Source of the DNA: the human T2T-CHM13v2.0 reference genome, Homo sapiens
Length of the DNA: 64,000 nt
Strand: one strand, 5' to 3'
Assembly (NCBI RefSeq): GCF_009914755.1
Contig: NC_060929.1
Part shown: piece by piece, positions 1-13,916 of the stretch
How positions within the stretch are numbered: the first letter of the stretch is position 1
Layout: every line of letters begins with the position of its first letter
Position numbers and translations under genes: made by a program
Notes under the pieces: model-generated
The model's input: only the letters and a program-made list of their open reading frames with translations
What the model was told of the DNA's origin: nothing
The model's database searches: none

Positions 1-640
1 CGCCGGGCTCTTCCCCCGCCGAGGCCTGTGGTTTGTGGAGTCGAATTTCCCTGCCACCAGTGCCCGGTTAGCAGGGGCGCCAGCCTGGGCGCCTGCGCGG
101 ACGGCGGGCGTCGTCACCATGGCAGCATCCGCTGGAGGCCCAGGTAAGCGCCGAGCGCGCGGCCTCTGCCTGGAGGTGGGGCGCTTTGAGAGGCTCCGCC
201 GGCCGTACCCTCCCTTTGCGGGCTCCCGCGGTCTTCCTTGCTAGGGACCTGGGAGCGCGCCGCGCAGAACCGGGCGGCTGGGCTTGGAGCCCGCTCTGCA
301 CTCGGGGCGCGCCCGCGATCGCCTGGCAAGGACCTTGGTTTGCCGGGTGGGCTCTAAGGCACAGGCGTTAGGGGAGGTCGAGAATGGCAGGGTCAGTGTC
401 TTTTGAGGTCTGGGTTGGAAAGAAAGGAATGTGACGTTTCCCTAATCCTTAATTTCAGCCGACCGTATGGGGGCGGTCTGGGTCAGTAGGTTCCTCTTTG
501 AAAGCTGGGGGAGGTTTGGGAATGCGGACTGGGCCGGGCCCGGCATAGTCCCGCTGCTGAGCGCGCTGCCTGGAAAGCTGGCAGAGTGTGCGGCTCGCTT
601 GATTCCCCTTGGAATCAGGTGCTTCAACTCGCGGGACAGC
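1..640 (+). promoter_or_regulatory. CpG island / promoter and first exon region of FAM151B
   Basis: Very GC- and CpG-rich (many cgcg/ccgg) compared with the AT-rich remainder; contains the start codon in a strong Kozak context (gtcaccATGg, 113-122). Confidence 0.85.
119..143 (+). CDS. FAM151B: FAM151B coding exon 1 (MAASAGGP-G)
   Basis: ATG at 119 in Kozak context; donor CAG|gtaagc at 143/144; 25 nt, phase 1 matches exon 2. Confidence 0.93.
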
Positions 641-766
641 AGTTCCGCTCTTGAAGGTTACAGTATCTTTTCTGTAAACTTAAGTAGTGGCATGAGACAA
701 CGTCAGTGACGCGTTCTTTCTTCAGTTTAGATTTTTTTCCCTAATTGTAAAAATAATACACGCTTT

Positions 767-1617
767 CACCATTCTGACTAGCAGGCTGTATAAATACAGG
801 TTCTCTTCTGAATCGATGCACAGTTTACAGAATCTTGGAATAAAATGTGTGTGTAAGCGAAAAATGTCCAGGTCCTGATAAATGCCATTATAGAACATTT
901 ATAAAGTATATTAGTATAGGGAAATAGGAAAAAAAAATCCCCCAAATGCTGATACCCACAGGCACCACTACTAACTTTTTGGTATTTTCTAACAACCCTG
1001 ACTCTTAAAAATAGAGTTAAGGTCATGGTAAACATAATTTTTAAAATCCTGCATCTTATACTATCCCATGTCACCAAGGTTTTTATAAACATAATTTTGA
1101 ATGACTGAAGTGTTTTATACAATTATATTGTATACAATTATATTGTAATTAACCAGTCTCCTAATGTTGAACGTTAATCAGTCGTTTCCTGTTTTGTTTT
1201 GTTTTGTTAGAATTCATTCTGTAATGAACATTTTTGCATTGTTCTTCCTCAGTTATGTTTTTGGTTTGTTTTTATCCTGGACACGATTCTTGTAACTGAA
1301 ATTACTGGATCAAAGGATGTGAACTTTTTTCTCTCTCTCTTTTTTAAGATCTGTGCTAAACCTCCGTAGAACATTTTTTCAGACCAGAGTTTTCCTTTTT
1401 TAACCCTTGTGCTCTTCTCAGTATAAATCCTTTTAATGCCTAGTTTTCCTAAGAATCCAAACAAATCTGGGACAAAGCTCACACTCAAGACTTACACCAT
1501 TCTCACTCACAGGCTGTATAAATCCAGATTCTCTTCTGAATCGATGCAAGGTTTACAAAATCTTGGAATAAAATGTGTGCACAAGTGAAAAATGTCCAAT
1601 TGCTGACAAATGCCATT
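767..1617 (+). repeat. Dispersed direct duplication, 123-bp copies at 767-889 and 1495-1617
   Basis: Ungapped alignment by eye gives 107/123 identical, offset 728 bp. Confidence 0.9.
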
Positions 1618-1637
1618 TTTTAAAAAACAAATTTTTG

Positions 1638-1938
1638 GGCCGGGCGCGGTGACTCACGCCCGTAATCCCAGCACTTTGGGAGGCCGAGGTGGGCGGATCA
1701 CGAGGTCAGGAGATCAAGACCATCCTGGCTAACACAGTGAAACCTCGTCTCTACTAAAAATCCAAAATAATTAGCCGGGCGTGGTGGCGGCGCCTGTAGT
1801 CTCAACTACTAAGGAGGCTGAGGCAGCAGAATGGCGTGAACCCGGGAGGCGGAGCTTGCGGTGAGCAAAGATTGCGCCACTGCACTCCAGCCTGAGCAAC
1901 AGAGAGAAACTGTCTCAAAACAAAAACAAAAACAAAAA
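1638..1938 (+). mobile_element. Alu (AluY-like)
   Basis: GGCCGGGCGCGGTGG head, ATCCTGGCTAACAC and ATGGCGTGAACCCGGG diagnostics, (CAAAAA)n tail. Confidence 0.9.
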
Positions 1939-2012
1939 TTTCTTCTCATTACCGAGTTATTGATAAAACTAATTCTTAACCAGATTCTTCCGTTATATGT
2001 CATTTTTCCCCC

Positions 2013-2014
<2 letters not shown>

Positions 2015-2055
<41 letters not shown>
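2015..2055 (+). repeat. (CA)n microsatellite
   Basis: About 20 CA units. Confidence 0.95.
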
Positions 2056-2056
<1 letters not shown>

Positions 2057-2114
2057 TCTCAACATAAAAAAGTTCAAAAGGCACAATAGGATGTATAGTG
2101 AAAAGTTCCGTCCT

Positions 2115-2390
2115 GGCCGGGCGTGGTGGTTTACGCCTGTAATCTGAACACTTTGAAAGGCAGGAGGATCGCTTGAGCCCTGGAGTTTGGATCAGCCTGG
2201 GCAACACAGGGAGGCCTTATCTCTCCAAAAGAAAACAAATAAATTAGCCAGGTATGGTGGTGGCACATACCTGTGGACCCAGCCACTCAGGAGGAGACTG
2301 AGGCGGGAGAATCGCTTAAGCCGGAGAGGCTGCAGTGAACCAAGAACATGCCAGCCTGGGCAACAGAGCCAGAGCCTTAAAAAAATTAAT
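2115..2390 (+). mobile_element. Alu (AluJ-like)
   Basis: Diverged dimeric Alu, GGATCGCTTGAGCCC. Confidence 0.85.
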
Positions 2391-2409
2391 AAATTCTTCA
2401 AAATCCTTA

Positions 2410-3900
2410 CTGATGTACAATTTGCATACTATTAATATACAACTTATTTAAAGAGTATAATTCAGTGGTTTTAGCTTATTTATTTAATTTTAGCTTATTC
2501 ACAGACTTGTGCAACAATTACCACAATTAATTTTAAAACATCTTCACCTTACAAAAAGAAACACTTCCCCATCCCCCACCCTTTAACACCCACAACTGCT
2601 ATTCTTCTATTTTCTGTCTCTATGAATTTGCCTGTTCTGGATGTTTCATATAAATGGAATCATCCAATATAGACCCTCTTATGTCTAGCTTCTTCCACTT
2701 ATCATAGTGTTTTCAAGATTCATCCATCTTGTAGCATGTTTCAATACTTCATTCCTTTTTATGGCCAAAAAAGGAATTGCATGAAACACCACATTTTGTT
2801 TATCCACTCATTAGTTGATGGACATTTGAGTTGTTTCCATCTTTTGGGTATAGTGAATAATGCTACTGTGAACATTTGTGTACAAGTTTTTGTGTGGACA
2901 TATGGTACATTGTCTTTAATGGTAAGTCAATTCTGGTAGTCACTTTTGGAAACTGGAAGGAACCTTAATGATTGTCTAGTCCAGGGGTCAGCAAATAGCA
3001 AACTTTCTTTTTTAATTTTATTTTTAATTGACAAATAATAATTGCATATTTGCGAGGTACAATGTGATGTTATGATACATGTATACATGGTAGAATGATT
3101 AAGTCAGGCTAATTAATATATCCATCACCTCACATACTTATCATTTCTTTGTAATGAGAACATTTAAAATCTACTCATTTAAGAAGTTCAAAATATATAA
3201 TACACTATTATTATTATTATTATTATTATCATTGAGACAGGGTCTCGCTCTGTCACCCAGGCTGGAGTGCAGTGGTGCAATCATGGCTCACTGCAGCCTT
3301 GACCTCCTGGGCTCAAGTGATCCTCCTGCCTCAGCCTCCTGAATAGCAGGGACTACAGGCACACACCACCATGCCTGGGTTATTATTATTGTTAGTTTTA
3401 GTGGTAGAGACAAGGTCTTGCTTCATTGCCCAGGCTGGTCTCGAACTACTGAGCTTAAGCAGTCCTTCCGCCTCAGCCTCCCAAAGTGCTGGAGTTACAG
3501 TTGTGAGCCAGCATGCCTGGAATTACTAACTATAGTCACCATTGCTGTGCAATAGATCTTGGGAACTTATTCCTCCTGTCTAACCGGAACTTTGCACCCT
3601 TTGACTGACATATCCCCCTCCCATCCAATTGCCCTGGCTGCATCCCTAGCCTCTGGTAACCACTATTCTGCTTTCTACTCCTAGAGCTCTACTTTTTGAT
3701 GTCCCAAATGTGAGACTGTGCAGTATTTTTCTTTCCGTACCTGGCTTATTTCACTTAGCATACTGCCCTCCAGGTTTCTTCGTTTGTCGAAGATGACAGA
3801 ATTTTCCTTTTTAAGGCTGAATAGTACCCCATTGTGTATCTATACCACATTTTCTTTATCCATTTACCCGCTGATGGTGCTTAGGTTGTTTCCATATCTT
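2410..3900 (-). mobile_element. Old L1M 3'-end fragments with an AluJ insertion (~3205-3521, -)
   Basis: Typical antisense L1M 3' UTR text (gatggacatttgagttgtttcc, ttaaggctgaatagta, ccacattttctttatccatt). Confidence 0.7.
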
Positions 3901-4669
3901 AGTGGTCAGCAAACTTTTTCTGTAAAGAACCAGAAATTAAATTTTGGGCTTTGCAAGGCATAAATTTATGTTCCAACTAATCAACTCTGCTATGGTAGCT
4001 GGAGAACAGCCACAGGTCGCACAGGGAAGGAGGTTGGGATAAATAGAGGGAGCACAGAGGTTTGGAGCAGCAACACTGTGATTCCGTATGATATTGTAGT
4101 GGTGGATACATGCCATTGTACAAGCATTCCTTGTTTTATTGTACTTCACTTTATTGTGCTTTGCAGATAATCCTTTTTTTTTTTCCCACAAATTGAAGGT
4201 TTGTAGCAACCTTGTATTGAGCAAGTCTGTTGGTGCTGTATTTTTCAATAGCATGTGTTCACTTTGTGTCTGTCACATTTTGGGAATTCTTGCAATATTT
4301 CAAATTTTAAAATTATTATATTTATTATGGTGATCTGTGATCAGTGATCTTCAAATACTACTATAATAATTGTTTTGGGGCACCACAAAGTCAAACTTAA
4401 TCTGTAAATGTGGTGTGTGAGCCTTGCTGGCTTGGGCAGTGCATGCTGGCCGGCTTGGCGAGGATAAAAAATAAATAAATAAATATGGTGTGTGTTCAGA
4501 CTGCTTCACCAGCCAGCCATACTCCTGTCTCTCTCCCTCTCCTAGGGTCTTACTATTTCCTGAGACACAAAAATATTGAAATTAGGCCAGTTAATAACCA
4601 TAGAATGGGCTCTAAGTGTTTATGTGAAAGGAAGAGTCACCTGTTTCTCACTTAAAATCGAAAGCCAGA

Positions 4670-4976
4670 GGGCTGGGCACAGTGGCTTATGCCTGTAATC
4701 CCAGAACTTTGGGAGGCTGAGGTGGGAAGATCACATGAAGCCGGCAGTTCAAGACCAGCCTGGGCAACGTATCAAGACCTTGTCTCTACAAAAAATTTTA
4801 AAAATTAGCTGGCTGTGGTGGGATGCACCTGTAGTCCTAGCTACTTGGGATGCCCAGGCAGGAGGATCACTTGAGCCCATGAGTTTCAGATTATAGTGAG
4901 CTATGATTGCACCACTACACACCAGCCTGGGCAACAGAGTGAGACTTGTCTCTAAAAAAAACAAAAACAAAATCAA
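4670..4976 (+). mobile_element. Alu (AluJ-like) inside Tigger1
   Basis: Dimeric Alu with TSD-like aaaatc(g/a)aaagc(c/t)aga. Confidence 0.85.
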
Positions 4977-5151
4977 AAGCTAGAAATGATTAAGCTTAGT
5001 GAGAAAAGCATTTCGAAAGCTGAGAGAGGCCTCTTGTGCCAAACAGCTAAGTTGTCAATACAAAGGAAAAGCTCCTGAAGAAAATTCAAAGTGCCACTCC
5101 ATGGAACACACAAATTATAAGAAAGCAAAACAGCCCTATTGCTGATATGGA

Positions 5152-6115
5152 TGTTGTGGGAAGTCAGGGACCCCGAATGAAGGGACCAGCTGGAGCCGAG
5201 GCAGAAGAACATAAATTGTGAAGATTTCATGGACATTTATCACTTCCCTAATAATACGCTTATAATTTCTTATGCCTGGCTTTACTTTAATCTCTTAATC
5301 ATGTTATCTTCATAAGCTGAGAATGTACGTCACCTCAGGACCACTGTTGTACAAACTGATTGTAAAACATGTGTGTTTGAACAGTATGAAATCAGTGTAC
5401 CTTAAAAAAGAACAGAATAACAGCAATTTTCAGGGAAATAGGGAAGATAACCATAAGGTTTGACTGCCTGCGGGGTTGGGCAGAATCGAGCCATATTTTC
5501 CTTCTTGCAGAAAGCCTATAAATGGATGTGCGAGTAGGAGAGATATCGCTGAATTCTTTTCCTAGCAAGGAATAACCCTGGGGAAGGAATGCATTCCTGG
5601 GGGAAGTCTATAGACAGCTGCTCTGGGAGTGTCTGTCTTATGCGGTTGATATAAGGATTGAAATACACCCTGGCCTCCTGCAGTACCCTCAGGCTTACTA
5701 GGATTGGGAAATTCCAGCCTGGTAAGTTCTAGTCAGACCGGTTCTCTGCTCTCAAACCCTGTTTCCTGTTAAGATGTTTATCAAGACAATATGTGCACAG
5801 CGGGACATAGACCCTCATCAGTAATTCTAATTTTGCCTTGCCTTGTGATCTTAATTGCCCTTTGAAGCATGTGATCCTTGTGACCTACTCCCTGTTCATA
5901 CACCCCCTCCCCTTTTAAAATCCCTAATAAAAACTTGCTGGTTTTGTGGCTCGGGGTCATCATCACGGTCCTACCAATATGTGATGTCACCCCTGGAGAC
6001 CCAGCTGTAAAATTTCTCTCTTTGTACTCTTTCTCTTTATTTCTCAGACCAGCTGACACTTAGGGAAAATAGAAAAGAACGTACGTTGAAATATTGGGGG
6101 CTGGTTCCCCCGATA
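5152..6115 (+). mobile_element. MER11 solo LTR (HERV-K11/HML-8)
   Basis: TGTTGTGGGAAGTCAGGGACCCCGAA start, GGCTGGTTCCCCCGATA end, perfect 6-bp TSD TATGGA at 5146-5151 and 6116-6121, internal AATAAA at ~5926. Confidence 0.9.
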
Positions 6116-6417
6116 TATGGAGAAAGTTTGAGTGGTCTGGATAGATCAAACCAGCCACAACATTCCCTTAAGCCAAAGCCTAATCCAGAGTAAGGCCCTA
6201 ACTCTCATCAATTTTATGAAGACTGTGAGAAGTGCAGAAGCTACAGAAGAAAAGCTGGAGATTCTCAGAGGTTGATTCATGAGGTTTAAGGGAAAAGGCT
6301 GTTTCTACAACAAAAAATTTCAAGGTGAAGCAGCAGGTGCTAATGGAGAAGCTACAGCAAGTGATCCAGAAGATCTAGTTAAGATCATTGATGAAAGTAG
6401 CTGCACTAACAGCAGAT

Positions 6418-6466
6418 TTTCTTTCTTTCTGTCTTTCTTTCTTTTTCTTTCTTTCTTTCTTTCTTT

Positions 6467-6534
<68 letters not shown>

Positions 6535-6821
6535 TTTTAAGACAGGGTCTCCCTCTGTAACACAGGCTGGAGGGCAGTGGCATGATCGTGGCTAATTGCA
6601 GCCTGGACCTCCTGGGTTCAATCGATCCTCCCACCTCAGCCCCCCAAGTAGCTGGAACTATAGGCACACACCACCACGGCCTACTAATTTTTGTATTTTT
6701 TTGTAGAGACGGGATTTCGTCATGTTGCCCCAGCTGGTCTCGAACTCCTGGGCTCAAGTGATCCTCCCACCTCAGCCTCCCAAAGTGCTGGGACTACAAG
6801 CATGAGCCACTGTGCAGGGCC
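6418..6821 (-). mobile_element. Alu (AluJ-like) with expanded (TTTC)n tail
   Basis: Antisense Alu body 6539-6821, ~120-bp TTTC tract 6418-6538. Confidence 0.88.
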
Positions 6822-7556
6822 AACAATAGATTGTCAGTGTAAATAAAACAGCCTTCTATTGTAAGAAGATGCCATTAGAACTTTCATTGCTAGAGGGGAA
6901 AAGCCAATATTTGGCTTAAAATCTTCAAAAGACAGGCTGACTTTCTTGTTAGGGCTAATGCAGCTGGTGACTTTAAGTGGAAGCCAGTGCTCATTACTAT
7001 ACTGAAAATCACAGGGTCCTTAGGAATTATGCTACATCTACTTCTCTGCCTGTGCTCTAGAAACGTAACAACAAAGCCTGGATGACAGCACGTCTGTTTA
7101 CAGCATGATTTACAGAATATTTTAAGCCCACTGTGGGGACCTGCTGCTCAGGAAAAAAAATATTTCTTTCAAGATATTACTGTTGATTGACAAGGCACCT
7201 GGTCACCCAAGAGCTCTGATGGAGATGTGCAAAGAGATTGATGCTGTTTTCCTGCATGCTTGCATCTATTCTGCAGCCCGTGGATCAAAGGGTAATCTTG
7301 ACTTACAAGTCTTATTATTTGAGAAATGTTTTGTAAATCTATAGCTGCCATAGATAGTGATTCCTCTGATGGATGTGGGCAAAGAGTCATCATCCTAGAT
7401 TCCATCAAGAAGATTTGTGATTAATGGGAGAAGGTAAAAATATCAACATTAACAGGAGTTTGGAAGAAGTTGATTCCAGCTCTCATGGGTGACTTTGAGG
7501 GATGCAATACTTCAATAGAGGATGTAACTGCAAATGTGATAGAAATAGCAAAAGAG

Positions 7557-7862
7557 GGCAGGGCGCAGCGGCTCATGCCTATAATCCCAGCACTTTGGGA
7601 GGCTGAGGCAGGCGGATCATGAGGTCAGGAGATTGAGACCATCCTGGCTAACACAGTGAAACCCCGTCTCTACTAAAAATGCAAAAAATTAGCCGGGCGT
7701 GGTGGCGGACGCCTGTAGTCCCAGCCACTCGGGTGGCTGAGGCAGGAGAATGGCATGAACCCAGGAGGCAGAGCTTGCGGTAAGCCGAGATGCACCACAC
7801 TGCACTCCAGCCTGGGCGAAAGAGCGAGACTCCGTCTCAAAAAAAAAAAAAAAAAAAAAAAA
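7557..7862 (+). mobile_element. Alu (AluY-like) inside Tigger1
   Basis: Full dimer with long polyA. Confidence 0.9.
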
Positions 7863-8726
7863 GAACTAGTAAGAGAACTAGAATTAGAATGGAGCCTGAA
7901 GATGTGACTACATTATCGCAATTTTATGATAAGACTTTAATGAACTAGGAGTTCCTTCTTATGTATGAGCAAAGACAGTATTTTCTTGAGATGTAATCTA
8001 CTTCTGGTGAAGATGCTGTGAACATTGTTGAAATGACCACAGATGATAAAGAATATTACATACACTTAGTTGTTAAAACAGCAGCAGAGTTTGAGAGAAT
8101 TGACTCTCATTTTGAAAGTTCTCCTGTGGGTAAAATGCTATCAAACAGCATTGTGTGCCACAGAGAGATCTTTCATGAAAGGAAGAATCCACTGATGTCG
8201 ATAACTTCATTGCCTTATTGTAAGAAATTGTCACAGCCACCACAGCCTTCAGCAACCACCACCCTGATTGGTCAATAGCCATCAACATTGAGGCAAGACC
8301 CTCTACCAGTTAAAAGATTACAGCTAGCGGAAGGCTCAGATGATTGTTAACACTTTTTAGCAATAAAGTATTTTAAAATTAAGGTATGCACATTTTTTTA
8401 GACATAATGCTATTGTACAACTAATAGGCTACAGTATAACAGTGTAAACATAACTTTTATATGTACTGGGAAACCAAAAATTGTGTGACTTGCTTTATTG
8501 TGATACTCACTTTATTCCAGTGGCCCATAACTGAACCTTCTATCTCAGATGTACACCTAGACATCTGTCAAAACCTATAAAATGTATGATACCAAGAGTG
8601 AATTCTAATGTAAACTATGGACTTTAGTTAACAAAATGTCAGTATTGGCTCATCTATTCTAACAGACATACCACACTAATGCAAGATGTTAAAAATTGGG
8701 GAGCTTTAAATAAAAGCAATTTTTAA

Positions 8727-9123
<397 letters not shown>

Positions 9124-9143
9124 TAAATGAAAACTGCTCAAAA

Positions 9144-9443
9144 GGCCAGGCACGGTGGCTCACGCCTATAATCTCAGCACTTTGGGAGGCCAAGGGCAGC
9201 AGATTGCTTGAGGCCAGGAGTTTGAGAACAACCTGGCCAACATGGTGAAACACCATTTCTACTAAAAATACAAAAAGCAGCCGATGTGATGGTAATCTCA
9301 GCTGCTCAGAAGGCTGAAGCATAAGAATTGCTTGAACACAGGAGGCGGAGATTGCAGTGAGCTGAGATCATGCCCCTGCACTCCAGCCTGAGTGACAGAG
9401 CAAGACTCCGGCTCAAAAAAAAAAAAAAACAAAAACAATAAAA
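9144..9443 (+). mobile_element. Alu (AluS-like)
   Basis: Alu dimer; TSD aaaact(g/a)ctcaaaa. Confidence 0.88.
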
Positions 9444-9760
9444 AAACTACTCAAAAACTCAATCTTAAAAAAGTTACAACTATTTTTGCCTTTCTCTTGG
9501 CCCTGTTTTCAGAGTTACAGCCTGTTTAAATAATAATACTAAGACCTTAGATCATAGGTAATTGGATCCTCTGTAAGTTTTAAGATATATACAGTCGTGG
9601 CTTAAATACAAACTAACAATTTCACTTAGTAAAAGGGTAAGGAAAACTTCTTACTTTAAATTTTTTTAAATTCTAGAGTCCTGGTATTTTATTATTACTC
9701 TGTAAGTTGCCTTTATAAAAATTCTGAATGCAGTATGTTTAGTTGAAAAGTGCTGTGGAA

Positions 9761-9956
9761 GGAAGGGGAGCATCACACACCAGGGCCTGTCGTGGGGTAG
9801 GGGGAGGGGGGAGGGATAGCATGAGGAGATATACCTAATGTAAATGACGAGTTAATGGGTGCAGCACACCAACATGGCACATGTATACATATGTAACAAA
9901 CCTGCACGTTGTGCACATGTACCCTAGAACTTAAATAAAAAATAAATAAATAAATA
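9761..9956 (+). mobile_element. Severely 5'-truncated L1PA 3' end
   Basis: L1PA 3' UTR (GGGTGCAGCACACCAACATGGCACATGTATAC), A-rich tail, perfect 15-bp TSD AAAAGTGCTGTGGAA at 9746-9760 and 9957-9971. Confidence 0.92.
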
Positions 9957-10495
9957 AAAAGTGCTGTGGAAATATCCAATATGAACCATTAACCAACATT
10001 TAGGTTTTTCTGGTAATGTAATGCTTATCAGTCCTCTAAATCATTTGGTGTATCTCAAAACCTTCATTTTTAACAGCCACGTTAGTCACATATTCTATCA
10101 TGCATATGTACTGTGATTTAATTATTTTCCTATTGTTGGACATTTGTTATAGCCAATCAATAATGTGCCTTCTAAAATGGCTACCTTAATATTTTAAAGA
10201 ATGATGGCCATGTGTTGCCATCTCAGTATGAAAGGTCTATGACTCTATTATATATGCCAAATAGGGCCACGTGTTTTCAGTGGGAGACTGCTTTGGGGAT
10301 AGTGGATCCTCCACCTAACTGTCCTTTTTTTTTTAAAATCTGCAGCCCAGCGTTAGAAGTGACTGCTAAGTCCCATGTATGTTAGTTAGAATTTGTCTTT
10401 ATATGCCCCTCCATTCTCTGATATCTTATCAGCAGTTTCCGATAGCCATTTTTAGGTTTAAGGTTTTTGGTTTTTTGGGGGGCTTTTAAAAAAGA

Positions 10496-11028
10496 TGTTA
10501 GCTCATGTCTTTTATTAACTCATAGACAATTACTTGTCTTCTGGTTTGTTGAAGCAGTAAGTCAGACAACATTTGCCACAATAATGTCTGTCAAAGTAGC
10601 TTGCCATAAACACTCCAGCACCATCTGAATGGCACTCTCGACAAAGGTGTCTAATTTTGCCATTCTCTTCCACCTTATAGTATTTCAGGACAGCCAGCTT
10701 CATCTTCTTTCTCTTGTGTTTATTATTCTTGGGAGTGGTGTAAGACTTCTTCCTTTTCTTAGCACCACCACAAAGTCTCAACCCAAGATGAAGAGTAGAC
10801 TCCTTTTGAATGTTGTAGTCAGACAGAGTACCTCCATTTTCCAGTTGCTTGCCAGCAGAGATCCGTCTTTGCTGATCAGGAGGAATTCCTGGATTTTGGC
10901 CTTTACCTTTTCTATTGTGTCCGAGGGTTCAACCTTGAGGGTAGTGGTCTTCCCCGGAAGGGTTTTTACGAAATCTGCATTTTGGTGGCAGCTCCACCAC
11001 AGATGGCAGATGGAAAAAAAAAAAAAAG
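10496..11028 (-). pseudogene. RPS27AP9: Processed pseudogene of RPS27A (ubiquitin-40S ribosomal protein S27a fusion)
   Basis: Intronless; ATG at 10980, TAA at 10530-10532, AATAAA at 10516-10511; [12 protein letters not shown]...[17 protein letters not shown] 1-nt deletion gives TAA at codon 5; further 10-, 3- and 6-nt deletions relative to the parent as recalled. The P9 number is recalled from locus context, not shown by the sequence. Confidence 0.92.
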
Positions 11029-12310
11029 TAGTTTTAGGTTTTTAACTGTAGTTAGGCAGAGTTAACAAACAAATAATTAACAGAGGAAAGAATCTCATGC
11101 GTGGGGAATTTGCAGGCACTTGCTAGGCTCTTAATAAATGTTTGAAGCATGAACAAGGATTAGGGAGGTAAAATTATGGACAACTTTTTTTCAGCATTTT
11201 CTTCTTTTATGTTATGATATAGTATGGAATAGATCTGGGTTCAGATATTTTTGCTACCACTTACCTTAGTCTTGGTTAACTCACAAGTTTTAATGCTTAA
11301 TCAAGAGAAAATATGTTATACCAAAAAGTAGTTGAAAGATATGAGAATTATGTATATTGCACACGCTAGATAAACTTATGAATGCTAATTCAAGAGATTA
11401 CTTGCTCACTCATATAGATGTTGCTGAGAATAATCTGAAGGTAGATATGCAGTAAGATATGCAATTTAAATATTAAATTGTTAATATAAATATAGAATGG
11501 GGTTTCAGGTAGAGAAAACAATTAAGTGTGTAAAACTTAGAATTTTAAATATAGCTTTGGCTTTACATCAGTTTTCCTTATATTTCTGGACCAGCATTGT
11601 AGAGAACATCATATGAAATTTCCAGCTTTTAAATATCTGCTTTAGTTTTGTTTTCTTCCTGCATTCTTATGCTTCTGATGTTCAGACTATCCTATATGTC
11701 TACTAATTATTACATTATATAATATATAACATGTTTATATATATTATATACTTGCCACATCATAATACTTGTTCTCTGTTTTTAAAATCTTATATTTTTC
11801 CCAGCCTAACTATTTTGTTATTATCCCTCAATATCTTGTCTGTTCTTTGTTAATTTTTTTTTTTTTTTTTACTCTATAACTCAGCAATCCCTTTTCCGGG
11901 CACATACCCAAAGGAAATGAAATCACCACTTTGTAAAGATATCTGCACTCCCATGTTCATTGCAGCATTATTTACAGTGGCCAAGGTATGGAAGCAACAA
12001 GTGTTTGTTGATAGATGAATGAATAAACAAACTGTGGTACATAGATAAAATGGAATATTATTCAGCCCTAAAGAAGAATGAGAACTTACCATTTTCCACA
12101 TCATGGATGAGCCCGGAGGACATTATGCTAAGTGAAATAAGCCAGACACAGAAAGAAAAATAGTGTATGATCTCACTTATATGTGGAATAAAAAAAAATC
12201 AAATATAACAGAAATAGATGACAAAACAATGGCTATGGGGAGGGGGAAGCAAAGGAAATGGGGAGATGTAGGTTAGAGCATACAGAACAGATATATAAGA
12301 TGAGCAAGTT

Positions 12311-13485
<1,175 letters not shown>

Positions 13486-13790
13486 GATGAACAAGTCAAG
13501 ATCTAATGTGCAACATGAGGACTCCAGGTAATAAAATTGTACTGTATATAAGGGATTCGTGTTAAATGAGATTTTAGCTGTTCTTGCCACACAGAGAAAA
13601 CAGATATGTGAGATGATGGATATGTTAATTTGCTTCATTATAGTAACCTTTTTACTATCTATCTATCTATCTATATATATATATCACATAACAGCATATG
13701 TGTATCTTAAATATACACAATGAAAGTGATTTTAAAAATTTTACCCTATAAAAAACAATATCACTTTTCATGTAAACACTGTTATTTTAG

Positions 13791-13916
13791 GATCTTGGAG
13801 TGAAAATATACTGGAATATTTTCTGAGAAATAGCCAGATTACAGCAGAAGACGGTGCTGAGATCACCTGGTATCATGCAGCTAACCACAAGGCACAAACA
13901 AATGAGGCACTGAAAA
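13791..13916 (+). CDS. FAM151B: FAM151B coding exon 2 (GSWSENILEYFLRNSQITAEDGAEITWYHAANHKAQTNEALK)
   Basis: Acceptor gttattttag| at 13790, donor AAA|gtaagt at 13916; 126 nt, open in the frame set by exon 1; WYHAAN motif of the menorin/DUF2181 domain. Confidence 0.95.

Larger units (their letters stand above)
4121..8559 (+). mobile_element. Tigger1 DNA transposon (near full length, degenerate) carrying nested insertions
   Basis: Starts ta|CAAGCATTCCTTGTTTTATTG, ends TATCTCAGATGTACACCT; pogo-like transposase remnants (QGEAAGANGEATASDPEDLVKIIDE; [12 protein letters not shown]); inserted into an L1MC-like 3' end. Confidence 0.85.

Noticed and set aside
35-709. Several overlapping 60-80-aa ORFs in the GC-rich first 700 bp
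   Set aside because: Expected from stop-codon scarcity in a CpG island; only 119-143 is supported by splice and frame continuity.
1116-1145. 15-bp tandem duplication TATACAATTATATTG x2 with mini-hairpin potential
   Set aside because: Low-complexity AT-rich slippage product, common in introns.
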